IMG/VR virus record: IMGVR_UViG_3300045988_162908
DNA from: a virus
Strand: one strand, 5' to 3'
DNA: 64,000 nucleotides
The translations under genes and the position numbers were made by a program. Below the pieces are notes generated by a model, which was not told the origin of the DNA, made no database searches, and saw only the letters and a list, made by a program, of their open reading frames with translations. Positions 52,201 to 60,606 of the stretch are shown piece by piece. How positions within the stretch are numbered: position 1 is the stretch's first letter; every line of letters begins with the position of its first letter.

Positions 52201-52971
52201 GACCCAGAAGAGTTGAATGAGCGAGACCGCAATCAGGCGATATACATCTGCGCCCTTGCCGTTCAGTTCATCATGCGCTATCACACCTTTGTTATCGCTC
52301 CTCAGAAGAACGTACAGCGAAGATTGATGGTAAGAGAACTGACCGAGAATACGGTGAACTACTTCGAGTGGTTCTTCAGCCGTAACGAGGTCTATTCAGC
52401 ACCTATCTGCGCAGACGAAATGTTCAATGAGTTCATGCGAGATTGGGCTGATGCCAGTGAGGGTAAGAGTAAGGAGTATAGCCGAGCCACCTTTAAGAAG
52501 AAAATCAGGAAGTATTGCAAGAACATGAACATCATTTGCAATCCTGAAAACCTTCTTGTAGGTGAGGACAACAAGCGCCATGGTTGTTTCAAGCTTCGAG
52601 CCTGGATAACGGAGGAATACTTCGTAGGACGGGAATGGGAGAACGATGATAGCGTTGAGCCAAAGCATATCCGCAAGGTAAAGACGAGTAAGCACGTCTA
52701 TTTCTTCTTCCGCAGTGGCAAGGATCATATCCCTGAAAGCTATGACGAGTTGAAACGTATCGCCAAAGAGTATGTCGATGGTCCCGACCCATTACCTTAT
52801 CGTGATGATGATGGCAACATCGTTACACTTACTACCGAAGAGGAGGAACGCTGGAAGGCATTCACCTCTCGTAAGCAGGGTAGGAGACAAGCCATACCAA
52901 ATGGCAGTGATAGCAACAACAATGCTGCTGCTACGGTAGATGAAATAGATAAGAGTAGCCTACCTTTTTAA
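49282..52971 (+). CDS. primase / SF3 (D5- or P4-like) helicase, 1229 aa
   Basis: N-terminal CPFCQKK zinc motif. P-loop ASGGSGKS (nt ~51767-51790). Size and position match phage primase-helicases. Confidence 0.7.
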   Translation: MIYHPIINQLANLDMAFLVKPADEQHIANQTACFCPFCQKKADDGMDDSDTPAQQTPHFIIYNNERGGMYDGVGVDDDNQAGHGALRWMCTKTGKSGYGALELYAAMRNLPMHGASLLRLCHDLVVRVYGDNEKTRVKWPMLFAKMDYRTIATQTIETFSFLPKVDFNPQELAALGCDVTMVKGIPQFGFGKDFSTTMLNDDFRIYAVDKVTLPNVVRNGQLASEVIYGTPWNPLFVCFATDVIAPQGSCGCFFRPAMQQDPIVFSTCEDHSVRKVSKWLMGDKVFTYAMDHRSNNSTAVHSAIEKLQPDEPYTETKEIWVENETKEGAPKGTYHSEEEPIEVGDIKAQNIVFCRTPEDALSIYYAMRSLRQDKAQDSHFQKYCWYHVAFSLGRRNFWYIERGQWRQEKLDFNAVQYQKMKRFAERVIMLYPNDIASQRDCGAIATKYCDICYATLPDGFRSRYNQRWNWLYGCSPRSVRDYLMCYHMDDADNFKFDHDIRLPLYSRLRGANNTDPFEIEYPRDPRSGKPKPPTCKVSPTKVWLFMTCHGYYRMIDPESTDLVGQYIHLDRCFVEYIDQKSIIQATKTQLLQFTEQSWRHNNQERKMMSDCANLIDKNFSEKSAGGLQGMVIDFTESFDAHTEYFFFRNVALKITPEVIMPVSYDRLNFFIPALAKKPYDFTMRVFNPPFVISESQEYKDRVAAIAQEEAQVNEDGSPVFSREEIDQKKAELKDWAQTFRWQVDWQGKQEKELWPILRVIRGCCNMQWRLEQDCIRNKEPMSAEAIADINSHFANMISCLGRICYRSWANMQSICPYLLEDEVEDEKQASGGSGKSLMVNLVVGSAVNILRVDMKDFITIADAKFSLSDLLIYPGKFRVVHWEDKPSGFPMKYFYNKVTAGAKVERKFGDPIVFKLEESPLNVITSNSQLSDDDESTIGRFPLVSLSDRFCRDNPMQHKVARSPKEVMKNLVTDPEELNERDRNQAIYICALAVQFIMRYHTFVIAPQKNVQRRLMVRELTENTVNYFEWFFSRNEVYSAPICADEMFNEFMRDWADASEGKSKEYSRATFKKKIRKYCKNMNIICNPENLLVGEDNKRHGCFKLRAWITEEYFVGREWENDDSVEPKHIRKVKTSKHVYFFFRSGKDHIPESYDELKRIAKEYVDGPDPLPYRDDDGNIVTLTTEEEERWKAFTSRKQGRRQAIPNGSDSNNNAAATVDEIDKSSLPF

Positions 52972-52982
52972 AAGATAAAAAA

Positions 52983-53240
52983 ATGGCAAAGAAAGAAGAA
53001 ACAAAAAAGAAGAAAGGCATAAGGGTAGCCAATCGCCAAGCGTGGGTAGATACCTTCGTGTATCTCTGCCCTTGTCACCGAGGAGGAACGGGACCTGGTG
53101 AGTATTGTGAAAATCCGGATGGTACCAGAACCAACTGCACGGGTAGATGCACCTATACCGGTAGCGGAGCTTGCGAACAGGTAACGCAGTTCTTCAATAC
53201 ATACATTAAGTTCGTCAATAAAGAAATTGAATTTATATAA
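52983..53240 (+). CDS. hypothetical Cys-rich small protein (85 aa)
   Basis: Fills the gap between the helicase and clamp genes on the same strand. Confidence 0.4.
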   Translation: MAKKEETKKKKGIRVANRQAWVDTFVYLCPCHRGGTGPGEYCENPDGTRTNCTGRCTYTGSGACEQVTQFFNTYIKFVNKEIEFI

Positions 53241-53254
53241 TAAATAGAAGTAAA

Positions 53255-54448
53255 ATGAAAATACAAGCGCAATCATCCCTCTTGCTCCGTCAAGCCTTGC
53301 AGAAGGCTGCGAAGTGTGTTGACCCTAAGAATGCGATCGCCATTTTGGGAAACGTTCTTCTGACTCAGAAGAATGGAAAATTTTTCTTTGTGTCGGCTAC
53401 TACTGATTCTCAGTTGAAGGTTCCTGCACCTTTCTCTGTTGTCGAAGGCAACTTCACTGATGATGTCATACTGCACCTCGATGACATTCTGCGTCTTCTC
53501 GCTACTCTCCCTGGCGACTGCGTGATCACTTTCGAGTTGTCGGAGCAGACAGGCTCACACAGCATGAACATCGAGTACTGCACCCATAATGGAGAGACTG
53601 CCAAGCAAGGTAAGATCAGAATGGACTTTGAGGATGCAACAGAGTTCCCTCTTGTGGAACCATTCCAAAATGGAATATCTCATATCGCTCTGCCGATTCC
53701 AGTATTCAAGGAGGTGCTATCTCATGCAGGTAAGTTTGTGGCTAATGATGAGTTGCGTCCTGTAATGAACTGTCTCTGCATCGACGAGGCAGAAGACTTA
53801 TCACAAGTTACATTTGTGGCTTCGACCGGACACATTTTATTGAAGGTTATTCATACCAATGACCCGAAGACAGGTGGCAGCGATTACTACCGTGAAGGCA
53901 AAGCCAGCAAGATTCTGGTACACAGCAGTTACCTCAAGATATTCTCTGTCTTTGATGATTGCGAAACGATTGATATTGAGGACAACGAAAACGCTATCCG
54001 ATTTACAGCGGATGACATTGAACTCATCTGCAAGAAGGTAGAAGGTGGCTATCCTAACTACAACTCAGTGATACCTCGTAACAATCCTTATAGCATTGTG
54101 ATGAGTAAAAATGAGCTGATCAGCGTGGTAAAGCGTGTGGCGCTTTTCTCGTCAGAAAGCAGTAATATGATTTCTCTTCAGAAGAAGGGAATGTTCCTCA
54201 ACGTCCATGCTGAAGATATAGATTTCGGTACATTTGCCGATGATCAGGTACTAATTCAGGACAGTAACTGCCCTGAAGACTTCCGCATCGGTTTTAAGGC
54301 AAGTAGTTTGCTGGACTGCGTAGCCGTTATTCCTTGCGACACCATTCGCTTAGAGTTGAATGATCCAAGTCGGGCAGGAATATTTGTACCAAACGAGTCT
54401 TCGCCAAAGCAATTATCATTGCTTATGCCGATGCTCTTGAATGTCTAA
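53255..54448 (+). CDS. dnaN: DNA polymerase III beta sliding clamp
   Basis: ..AIAILGNVLLTQKNGKFFFVSATTDSQL.., EGGYPNYNSVIP, C-terminal LLMPMLL. 397 aa. Confidence 0.85.
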   Translation: MKIQAQSSLLLRQALQKAAKCVDPKNAIAILGNVLLTQKNGKFFFVSATTDSQLKVPAPFSVVEGNFTDDVILHLDDILRLLATLPGDCVITFELSEQTGSHSMNIEYCTHNGETAKQGKIRMDFEDATEFPLVEPFQNGISHIALPIPVFKEVLSHAGKFVANDELRPVMNCLCIDEAEDLSQVTFVASTGHILLKVIHTNDPKTGGSDYYREGKASKILVHSSYLKIFSVFDDCETIDIEDNENAIRFTADDIELICKKVEGGYPNYNSVIPRNNPYSIVMSKNELISVVKRVALFSSESSNMISLQKKGMFLNVHAEDIDFGTFADDQVLIQDSNCPEDFRIGFKASSLLDCVAVIPCDTIRLELNDPSRAGIFVPNESSPKQLSLLMPMLLNV

Positions 54449-54495
54449 TTTGTTTTTTTATTATATTAAGTTGTTGTTGTTGAACTGACGTGTAT

Positions 54496-55194
54496 ATGGA
54501 TGATACTTTGTTGTTTATCCCGCCTTGTTGTGTAGATAAGAAACTACCCAAGGCTGTAAGTGAGGCACCCAGAAGGATGCTTACCTTTTACACACATGGC
54601 GACGTAACGATGGAGAAATTCTTTCGCGCAATCGCCTATCTGATGGATGATGCACCAAGTCACAAGGAGAGTTTCCTTGTGATGGTGCTCTCCATGCCGG
54701 TTCTCTTAAATGAAACGGCAGTCTTTCTGCAGTTGTGTTTTGAGCGAGGATGGATTACCCATCTTGTACTCACTACACAGAGGGACATGAGTAATCTACT
54801 GTTCACTTATTTGGAGCAATATAAGGATAAAATCCTCTATGCTAACAATAGAAATGTGAGCAGTCTTACCTCGCACATGGTGCTCTATAAGAACGATAAA
54901 GCCCTCACGCTTTCTGGTCCTATGCTGGAGAAGATGAGCGCTAAAACTTCTGCTTACAACCTGTCATTCTTCCCGAATACTTCCAACTGGGTGAATGATT
55001 TGACTTGGGGAAATCCGGTAGAGAATGTTTGCTTTCCTGATGTTCTGTATCAGAGGCAGCATGTCAATAAGGAGAAACGAAAGGTGACAGACCTGTTATT
55101 CTCTCGTTTCCTGAAGGCAGAGTTTCCACCTTACCAAGATGAGAAGAATGAGCCGATGAGCCATTCAGATCATTATAATTTTGGGCAGGTGTAA
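54496..55194 (+). CDS. hypothetical protein (232 aa)
   Basis: First ATG in ORF 54490..55194. Confidence 0.6.
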   Translation: MDDTLLFIPPCCVDKKLPKAVSEAPRRMLTFYTHGDVTMEKFFRAIAYLMDDAPSHKESFLVMVLSMPVLLNETAVFLQLCFERGWITHLVLTTQRDMSNLLFTYLEQYKDKILYANNRNVSSLTSHMVLYKNDKALTLSGPMLEKMSAKTSAYNLSFFPNTSNWVNDLTWGNPVENVCFPDVLYQRQHVNKEKRKVTDLLFSRFLKAEFPPYQDEKNEPMSHSDHYNFGQV

Positions 55195-55220
55195 CTTCTG
55201 ATATACTAATAGATAATGTT

Positions 55221-55532
55221 ATGGGAAGATATACTCAAAGCTTCACTGTCTTACGGCAGTTTTGCGAGAAATGGCAATGGATAGACCCTCGTAGCAACCA
55301 ACTTGTTACAGGGTATATCCATCCTCAAACTGCAAGAAAGGTTGAAAGAAAACCCTTCTATATCAAGTTTCTGACCAAGACAGGGCATGTCGATGAAGGT
55401 GAATGTGTCTGCCTCAAGGTAGATGTGTTGCGTCATCAACGGATGGTCCAGTTCGTCAAGAGCAAGGAAATCCGTATCGTAAACGACATTTTGGTAATAG
55501 AAGTGGACGGAATTAGATTCATTACACACTAA
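55221..55532 (+). CDS. hypothetical protein (103 aa)
   Basis: Co-oriented ORF. The antisense 55251..55529 is rejected. Confidence 0.5.
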   Translation: MGRYTQSFTVLRQFCEKWQWIDPRSNQLVTGYIHPQTARKVERKPFYIKFLTKTGHVDEGECVCLKVDVLRHQRMVQFVKSKEIRIVNDILVIEVDGIRFITH

Positions 55533-55743
55533 GTTATTAAGTTATTTTGTTTAAAATATTGATTTCATATTGTTTGTTAAAAAGTTATTAGGTTGATTAT
55601 ATCGTTGCGAAACGAAGACGGTTTTTAAACTCTAAAAAAGTTCTCTTTAATTTAAAAGATGAATATTAAACATTATTTTTCATGTGATGAGCTTTTAGCG
55701 AAAAGCAAAATTGAACCTTATAATGTATTTGTTAATTCATGTT

Positions 55744-55777
55744 ATCTCCCTGGTCCGTGAGGATTGGGGAGATTTTT
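55744..55777 (+). terminator. intrinsic terminator
   Basis: atctccc-N16-ggggagat followed by tttt. Confidence 0.55.
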
Positions 55778-55915
55778 GTGTCTTGATATAGGTGTAAGAC
55801 TTATTTTCTGTAGAGACATTCAGTACAAAATAGATTATAGTTATAATAATTCTTAAATTTATATCTAAATGCGAAAATAAAATAGGTAAGGTATATTATT
55901 TCCCTTGTTTTTTAT

Positions 55916-55923
55916 TATCTTTG
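55916..55923 (+). promoter_or_regulatory. -7 box TATCTTTG
   Basis: TAnnTTTG match with no clean -33. Confidence 0.4.
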
Positions 55924-55947
55924 CACCCGAAAGTATATGTTACGTAT

Positions 55948-55990
55948 ATGAAATGACAAATGAGAAATGACGTTAGGGATGACGTTAAGG
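55948..55990 (+). repeat. family H heptamer array, copy 2
   Basis: atgaaatgacaaatgagaaatgacgttagggatgacgttaagg. Confidence 0.7.
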
Positions 55991-56058
55991 CTGATTTCTT
56001 GATGTGAAAAGCGTTTCTTATTATGAGAAGATAAATGATAAGATAAGTGAGAAGATAA

Positions 56059-56205
56059 ATGGGGAAGGAGAAAACCAAAGCTAAACCTTGTTGGATATGT
56101 CTATATGGTAGGTTATGTATTAGTGGGCAGTACTGCTTGAAACGTAAGCGATATGTAGAACATCAAGACACTTCGGGGTGTACAGACAAAGAAATGAATA
56201 TATAA
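56059..56205 (+). CDS. possible 48-aa Cys-rich peptide
   Basis: MGKEKTKAKPCWICLYGRLCISGQYCLKRKRYVEHQDTSGCTDKEMNI. Below the ORF-track cutoff. Confidence 0.3.
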   Translation: MGKEKTKAKPCWICLYGRLCISGQYCLKRKRYVEHQDTSGCTDKEMNI

Positions 56206-56298
56206 TGAGAAATGAAAAATGAGAAATGAGAAATGGTAAGTGAGAAATGACAAATAATTATCAGTAATATTGCATTTGATAATTTCTAATTTCTCATT
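56205..56298. repeat. family H heptamer array, copy 3 with inverted tail
   Basis: aatgagaaatgaaaaatgagaaatgagaaatggtaagtgagaaatgacaaat forward; aatttctaatttctcatt inverted. Confidence 0.8.
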
Positions 56299-56311
56299 AA
56301 AATAAAGGCTT

Positions 56312-56710
56312 ATGACAGAAATAAAATCAATATTGTTGACGAAAGAAGCCTGGATGAGTAGCTGTTTTAGCGTGGCGAAATTTTCGGGTGGTATTACCGT
56401 CACAGGTGAAGGAGGAAAGAGAAGAGAGTTCTTTGTCGTCAATAAGGAAGGCAAAACCCTCATGCAGGTCGGTATTCCAGCCGGTGAACCTGCTGACTTG
56501 GTAGATAAGGAGTTTATTCCTCTCTACAAAAAGTTGGGCAGAGAGAAGTTCATCGAGATAGTGAAGGACAATCCTCTATTGTCTCGTGAGGAACTGAAGA
56601 ATGTTCTTAGCGAAGCTGCTGATAAGGCAAAGGCAGCAAAGAAGGCTGAGAAGGAAAGAAAGAAAGCCGAGGTAGAGGCAAAATCTCCATCACTCGATTT
56701 CCAAGATTGA
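56312..56710 (+). CDS. hypothetical protein with Lys/Ala/Glu-rich tail (132 aa)
   Basis: Co-oriented ORF containing ..KAKAAKKAEKERKKAEVEAK. Confidence 0.6.
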   Translation: MTEIKSILLTKEAWMSSCFSVAKFSGGITVTGEGGKRREFFVVNKEGKTLMQVGIPAGEPADLVDKEFIPLYKKLGREKFIEIVKDNPLLSREELKNVLSEAADKAKAAKKAEKERKKAEVEAKSPSLDFQD

Positions 56711-56832
56711 AAATAACGCAGGTAAACAGTTTCGTAGTTTCGGCTTTCGTTAGTTTATTATACCGAGACTATCGTTTCACTCGTTACCTGCGACAAAATT
56801 ATAAGTTTAATCATTAAAGGATTTATGTTAAA

Positions 56833-57312
56833 ATGAGAACATTACAAGAGTTTCAATCAGACGTGTTATCTCCCTTACGTAAGGAGAGAGACGAGAAGAT
56901 GATGGCTACTTATGACCACATAAGTAGTCTGAAATCCACGTACCAGCGTGAAGGCAATGAAAGACAGGAAGAAAAAATCGCCTTTATGAAAGAACAGAAG
57001 GAGGCATTAAAGGCTTTCCTGAAGCAGCAGGCTTTTGACCTTGGTGTATTCAACGCCCAGTTGGCCACTCGCAAAACCAATTCTTTCAATCTCTTCTCTA
57101 ACGGTATGGCTCGCATTAAGCAAGAGCGCCGTACCATCAATGAGACCTATCAGGACAAAATAGGTCTCGCCTTCGCCAGATATAATAAGGAACGCATGGT
57201 AGCTGGAGAAGCGCCCGTTTTCTATGATAAAATGGATAGCGAAAAAATGGCAAAAGAGAAAGACAATGGCGAATATCAAACAGAACCTGATGCAGCCCAC
57301 TCCTTCGGCTGA
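56833..57312 (+). CDS. hypothetical coiled-coil protein (159 aa)
   Basis: Co-oriented ORF. Confidence 0.55.
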   Translation: MRTLQEFQSDVLSPLRKERDEKMMATYDHISSLKSTYQREGNERQEEKIAFMKEQKEALKAFLKQQAFDLGVFNAQLATRKTNSFNLFSNGMARIKQERRTINETYQDKIGLAFARYNKERMVAGEAPVFYDKMDSEKMAKEKDNGEYQTEPDAAHSFG

Positions 57313-57826
57313 TGATCAGGAGAGGATGAGGATGTGCAAGTTCTGCGTGCATGGCCATATCAGTGACCTCGGTTACAATCATTGCTGGCAGTCTGATATT
57401 GTCACTTGGGATGAATGTTCTCCTATGGGTATCTGTAGTGCCTTTAGGGATAAGCGGGAATGGAAACCTTACTATATAGCTCACCTCACTACTGAATATC
57501 GAGGGAATATCTGTTGGGTCAAGGCGGTTCGCAACTCTCCAGTAAAAGGCAAGAGTCGTATTTTCAAGTACGAAATCATTGATCCTGTTGCATTAACCAA
57601 GGTTACTCTCACGCCTAAAGAGTTCGTTAAGGCATATACTCCTGCCACTCCAGACTCTAAGCCTCCATATCAGATGGATGAGTATGAGAAATGGGATGTC
57701 TATTGTTTCGGCACATGCAATCCGCAGCTCACTGAGGAACAGAATGCAAGAAATAATCATGAAGCCCATTGGCAAGAAATCCTTGCTCAGGAGGCTATAG
57801 ATAAACAGATAAAAAATGAAAAATAA
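57266..57826 (+). CDS. hypothetical Cys/His-rich protein (start uncertain)
   Basis: ATG at 57266 or 57317 within ORF 57224..57826. CKFCVHGH...CWQ...C suggests a zinc site. Confidence 0.5.
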   Translation: MANIKQNLMQPTPSADDQERMRMCKFCVHGHISDLGYNHCWQSDIVTWDECSPMGICSAFRDKREWKPYYIAHLTTEYRGNICWVKAVRNSPVKGKSRIFKYEIIDPVALTKVTLTPKEFVKAYTPATPDSKPPYQMDEYEKWDVYCFGTCNPQLTEEQNARNNHEAHWQEILAQEAIDKQIKNEK

Positions 57827-57838
57827 AATAATAAGAAA

Positions 57839-58615
57839 ATGAAAGTAGTAAGATTTTTGAAAAGAGTGGGTATTGCAGCGATACCAATTCTTGCAGTGGT
57901 TATACTTATGCTGTGTTTTAACATCGCAAGTATGTCATCTTTTAATACACATTATCCTGATAAGTTATCTCAGAAACTGTTTGCAACAAATACGTTATCT
58001 ATGTATTGGTTTTTTGCGAGCATAGTTGCTTCCCTTTGGGCATTCTTTAAGCTGATGGATTGGGCAAGAGCAAAAATCCGTCAAATGGATACAGAGGAAC
58101 CCGAAGCTGAGGAGCACAAGGATGGCGATGAGGGTGAACATACTAACAATGCCAGATTCAAACCTCCCTTCAAAGCTTCATACCAGATACAAGATTGGTA
58201 CCACGTCCGCAGATATTTAATATCTGAAGTACTGATGCTTGATGTCTATGGTACCTTACATCTTGACATACCCAAGCAGCACGAGAAGGAAAATGATCCA
58301 TTCTGGAAAGATTGCGACGCTTTCGTCTGGGCACTCTTTGTGGATTGTATTGTAAGAAATACCGGTCTTGCTAAAAAGATGATGCGTGAAGCCGAGACAC
58401 TGTGCGTCATGGCAGGATGTCGTACTGTCGGATTGCGTTGGGACGATCGAGAAAGCGAGTCTTGGGTGTTAGACTGGTACAAGCGTATGGGGTATGAGGA
58501 AATAAGAGTAGAGTCTGATGGCCATGCTCATTTCCTTGTTAAGGATTTGAGCAATAAAGCTGACTCTGGTTCATCATCTGATAGCGATAAAAAGGACGAT
58601 GCAACCGAAGAATAA
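57839..58615 (+). CDS. membrane-anchored GNAT-like acetyltransferase
   Basis: Two N-terminal TM helices. The C-terminal ..ALFVDCIVRNTGLAKKMMREAETLCVMAGCRTVGLRWDD..WYKRMGYEE fits GNAT motif A/B. Not verified. Confidence 0.5.
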   Translation: MKVVRFLKRVGIAAIPILAVVILMLCFNIASMSSFNTHYPDKLSQKLFATNTLSMYWFFASIVASLWAFFKLMDWARAKIRQMDTEEPEAEEHKDGDEGEHTNNARFKPPFKASYQIQDWYHVRRYLISEVLMLDVYGTLHLDIPKQHEKENDPFWKDCDAFVWALFVDCIVRNTGLAKKMMREAETLCVMAGCRTVGLRWDDRESESWVLDWYKRMGYEEIRVESDGHAHFLVKDLSNKADSGSSSDSDKKDDATEE

Positions 58616-58745
58616 CCATATTCACACCATTGTCTTAGGTTCTCTTGATACCCCACCTTTCGATAAGCGCTTTGAGTCTTGTCGTAGGGTATTCAGTCCA
58701 CAAGGCATAGCTCCTGCGTGCCATACCTGTGGGGGGGTGGAATAG
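58599..58745 (+). pseudogene. possible relic of a C5-cytosine methyltransferase
   Basis: 48-codon ORF ..IVLGSLDTPPFDKRFESCRRVFSPQGIAPACHTCGGVE resembles the ..RVYS.eGisPTLt..GG segment of Dcm-type enzymes. A G7 tract lies at 58731-58737. Confidence 0.3.
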
Positions 58746-58804
58746 AGCCTAAGATATTGGTGGAGTTTTAGATAAAAATAAACCGCAAAAAAGGTAGGAT
58801 AATT

Positions 58805-59413
58805 ATGGCAAACAAAATAAAGATAAGCAGTTCCGAGCCTGTAAAATACAGCCGACACGATTTTCAGTTGAGTGATTATGTTTATGCTCCGGTATCTCTT
58901 GACGACCCATCACAAGGGAATCAGTTAGCTTATATCGATCAGCAGGATAAAGGTGGTTGCACTATTACCTTTGCGCAGACGGGCCACATGACTTGCAGAG
59001 AATACGATGACCTTTGTCTCGTTCCGATAACAGATGAATGGTTAAAAGAAAATCCGCAGGTGTTCATTCCTTGCAACGATATAGTACAGCCGGATAAAGG
59101 TTTCCGTTTTGCCTATCAGTATAAGTTCTCTGCCAAGCGTTTCCATGGCGATTTCTATATAGTGGCTTACGAACTGCATTATGAAGATGAAGAAGAATAT
59201 CAGCGGTTAGTAAAAGAAGGTCTGAGTTTCTTCACTTGCATCAAGGAGTCACAGGGCAAGGCTACGGTTGCGCAAATCGTGCGTTTTGTCCCTGGTAATG
59301 TAGATTTGGCAGTAGGAGTTATGCAGGTAATAAGCATTCACGACCTGCAGCATTTTCTTCGTCTTTGCGGATGTGAAGAACTAAAGATTCCTCAGTCTTT
59401 ACTCGAAGATTAA
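58805..59413 (+). CDS. hypothetical protein (202 aa)
   Basis: Co-oriented ORF. Confidence 0.6.
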   Translation: MANKIKISSSEPVKYSRHDFQLSDYVYAPVSLDDPSQGNQLAYIDQQDKGGCTITFAQTGHMTCREYDDLCLVPITDEWLKENPQVFIPCNDIVQPDKGFRFAYQYKFSAKRFHGDFYIVAYELHYEDEEEYQRLVKEGLSFFTCIKESQGKATVAQIVRFVPGNVDLAVGVMQVISIHDLQHFLRLCGCEELKIPQSLLED

Positions 59414-59424
59414 AATATGTAGAT

Positions 59425-59565
59425 ATGGAAAATCTAAAGTCTAATGAAGATGAAGATATAGAAAAGATCTGTATTGCCTTTGGTGTGAGTAAGGCAGCAT
59501 TGAAGCTTAAACTCAAGCAACTGGAGTATTTACATAATAAACGTAATAGGAGAAGAAAGAAATGA
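59425..59565 (+). CDS. possible 46-aa peptide
   Basis: MENLKSNEDEDIEKICIAFGVSKAALKLKLKQLEYLHNKRNRRRKK. Its stop overlaps the next ATG (ATGA). Confidence 0.35.
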   Translation: MENLKSNEDEDIEKICIAFGVSKAALKLKLKQLEYLHNKRNRRRKK

Positions 59566-59825
59566 CGTTAGAGTTATCGTTGGAGGAAAAGATAATCGGA
59601 ACCATTTTGTGGGTATTTACGATATTCTTTCTGTTGTTGGTTTCTGGAGTATTTGAAGGTGGGCACGAGCCTATAAAGCCATCAAATATCCCGCCACCGC
59701 CACCACCGCCTCCATCTCGTCCCCATCCTCTACTATTCCGTCGTAGATTAAGAGTAAGAACTAATAAACGAAGAAGATATGTTGTACGAAGCAAAAAAAA
59801 GAACAAAGGCTTGCGAATATATTAA
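59562..59825 (+). CDS. small TM protein with poly-Pro and Arg-rich tail (87 aa)
   Basis: One TM helix, then PSNIPPPPPPPPSRPHP and RRRLRVRTNKRRRYVVRSKKK. Confidence 0.45.
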   Translation: MTLELSLEEKIIGTILWVFTIFFLLLVSGVFEGGHEPIKPSNIPPPPPPPPSRPHPLLFRRRLRVRTNKRRRYVVRSKKKNKGLRIY

Positions 59826-60309
59826 AGGTATTCTCGAAGCTGAAGAGAAAGAGTATCAGGCTTACATGAAAAGAGTAGATGAAACCGTAGGCTTCGAGTT
59901 TGAAAAGTGGCAAGGTTATCAGCCTAACCGCAGTCTGCTGAGAGAGTATGAGATAATCGCTATCTGGGTACCATCTGAGCGATATGAAACGCTGGATAAG
60001 AAGGTATGGAAGAAACGTGATGGCAAGATGCTGGAGGATGGCTATTATGTAGCTGTAGCACCTAATAAGAGATACAAGCAGGGCAAGGCTATCGCTACCG
60101 TGCTTGCCTCTTACAAAGCTGTTACCGACCATTTCAAGATATTGAAGGAGTTGGGTGTAGGGTCTCATCAAGGTGGTTCTATTTCTATCACTCAGCTTTT
60201 CTGCTGCAATGACCGTTACTTTGCCTTCTTCGATGATAGTATTCGAGCCGAGAAATCCAATCCTGATTTCAAGGAAATCACGATAGGAGAGTATGAGGAT
60301 ATTATTTAA
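59779..60309 (+). CDS. hypothetical protein (176 aa)
   Basis: Co-oriented ORF overlapping the previous one by 47 nt. Confidence 0.55.
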   Translation: MLYEAKKRTKACEYIKGILEAEEKEYQAYMKRVDETVGFEFEKWQGYQPNRSLLREYEIIAIWVPSERYETLDKKVWKKRDGKMLEDGYYVAVAPNKRYKQGKAIATVLASYKAVTDHFKILKELGVGSHQGGSISITQLFCCNDRYFAFFDDSIRAEKSNPDFKEITIGEYEDII

Positions 60310-60339
60310 TAGTTATAATGAACAAAAACATTAAAGAAT

Positions 60340-60603
60340 ATGTCATGTGATTGTATTAGCAAAGTAGAGAAGATTATCAAGGAAAAGACCAATGAGAGCG
60401 GTTGCCTTGATGCAAGTATCGGTGTTCCGTCGGGTGTTTTGAAGGTAAACATTTACGGAATGTTCCACAAGCAGAAGAAAGATGGTACCTTTCGTGAGAA
60501 GTGGGAAAAGCTTAACATCCTTCCTGAATATTGCCCTTTCTGCGGTAAAAAGTATGTTGATGATCAGAAAGAAGAGACTCAACAGAAAGAAAAAGAGAAG
60601 TAG
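60340..60603 (+). CDS. hypothetical zinc-ribbon-like protein (87 aa)
   Basis: N-terminal CDC and C-terminal CPFC. Confidence 0.5.
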   Translation: MSCDCISKVEKIIKEKTNESGCLDASIGVPSGVLKVNIYGMFHKQKKDGTFREKWEKLNILPEYCPFCGKKYVDDQKEETQQKEKEK

Positions 60604-60606
60604 CGT

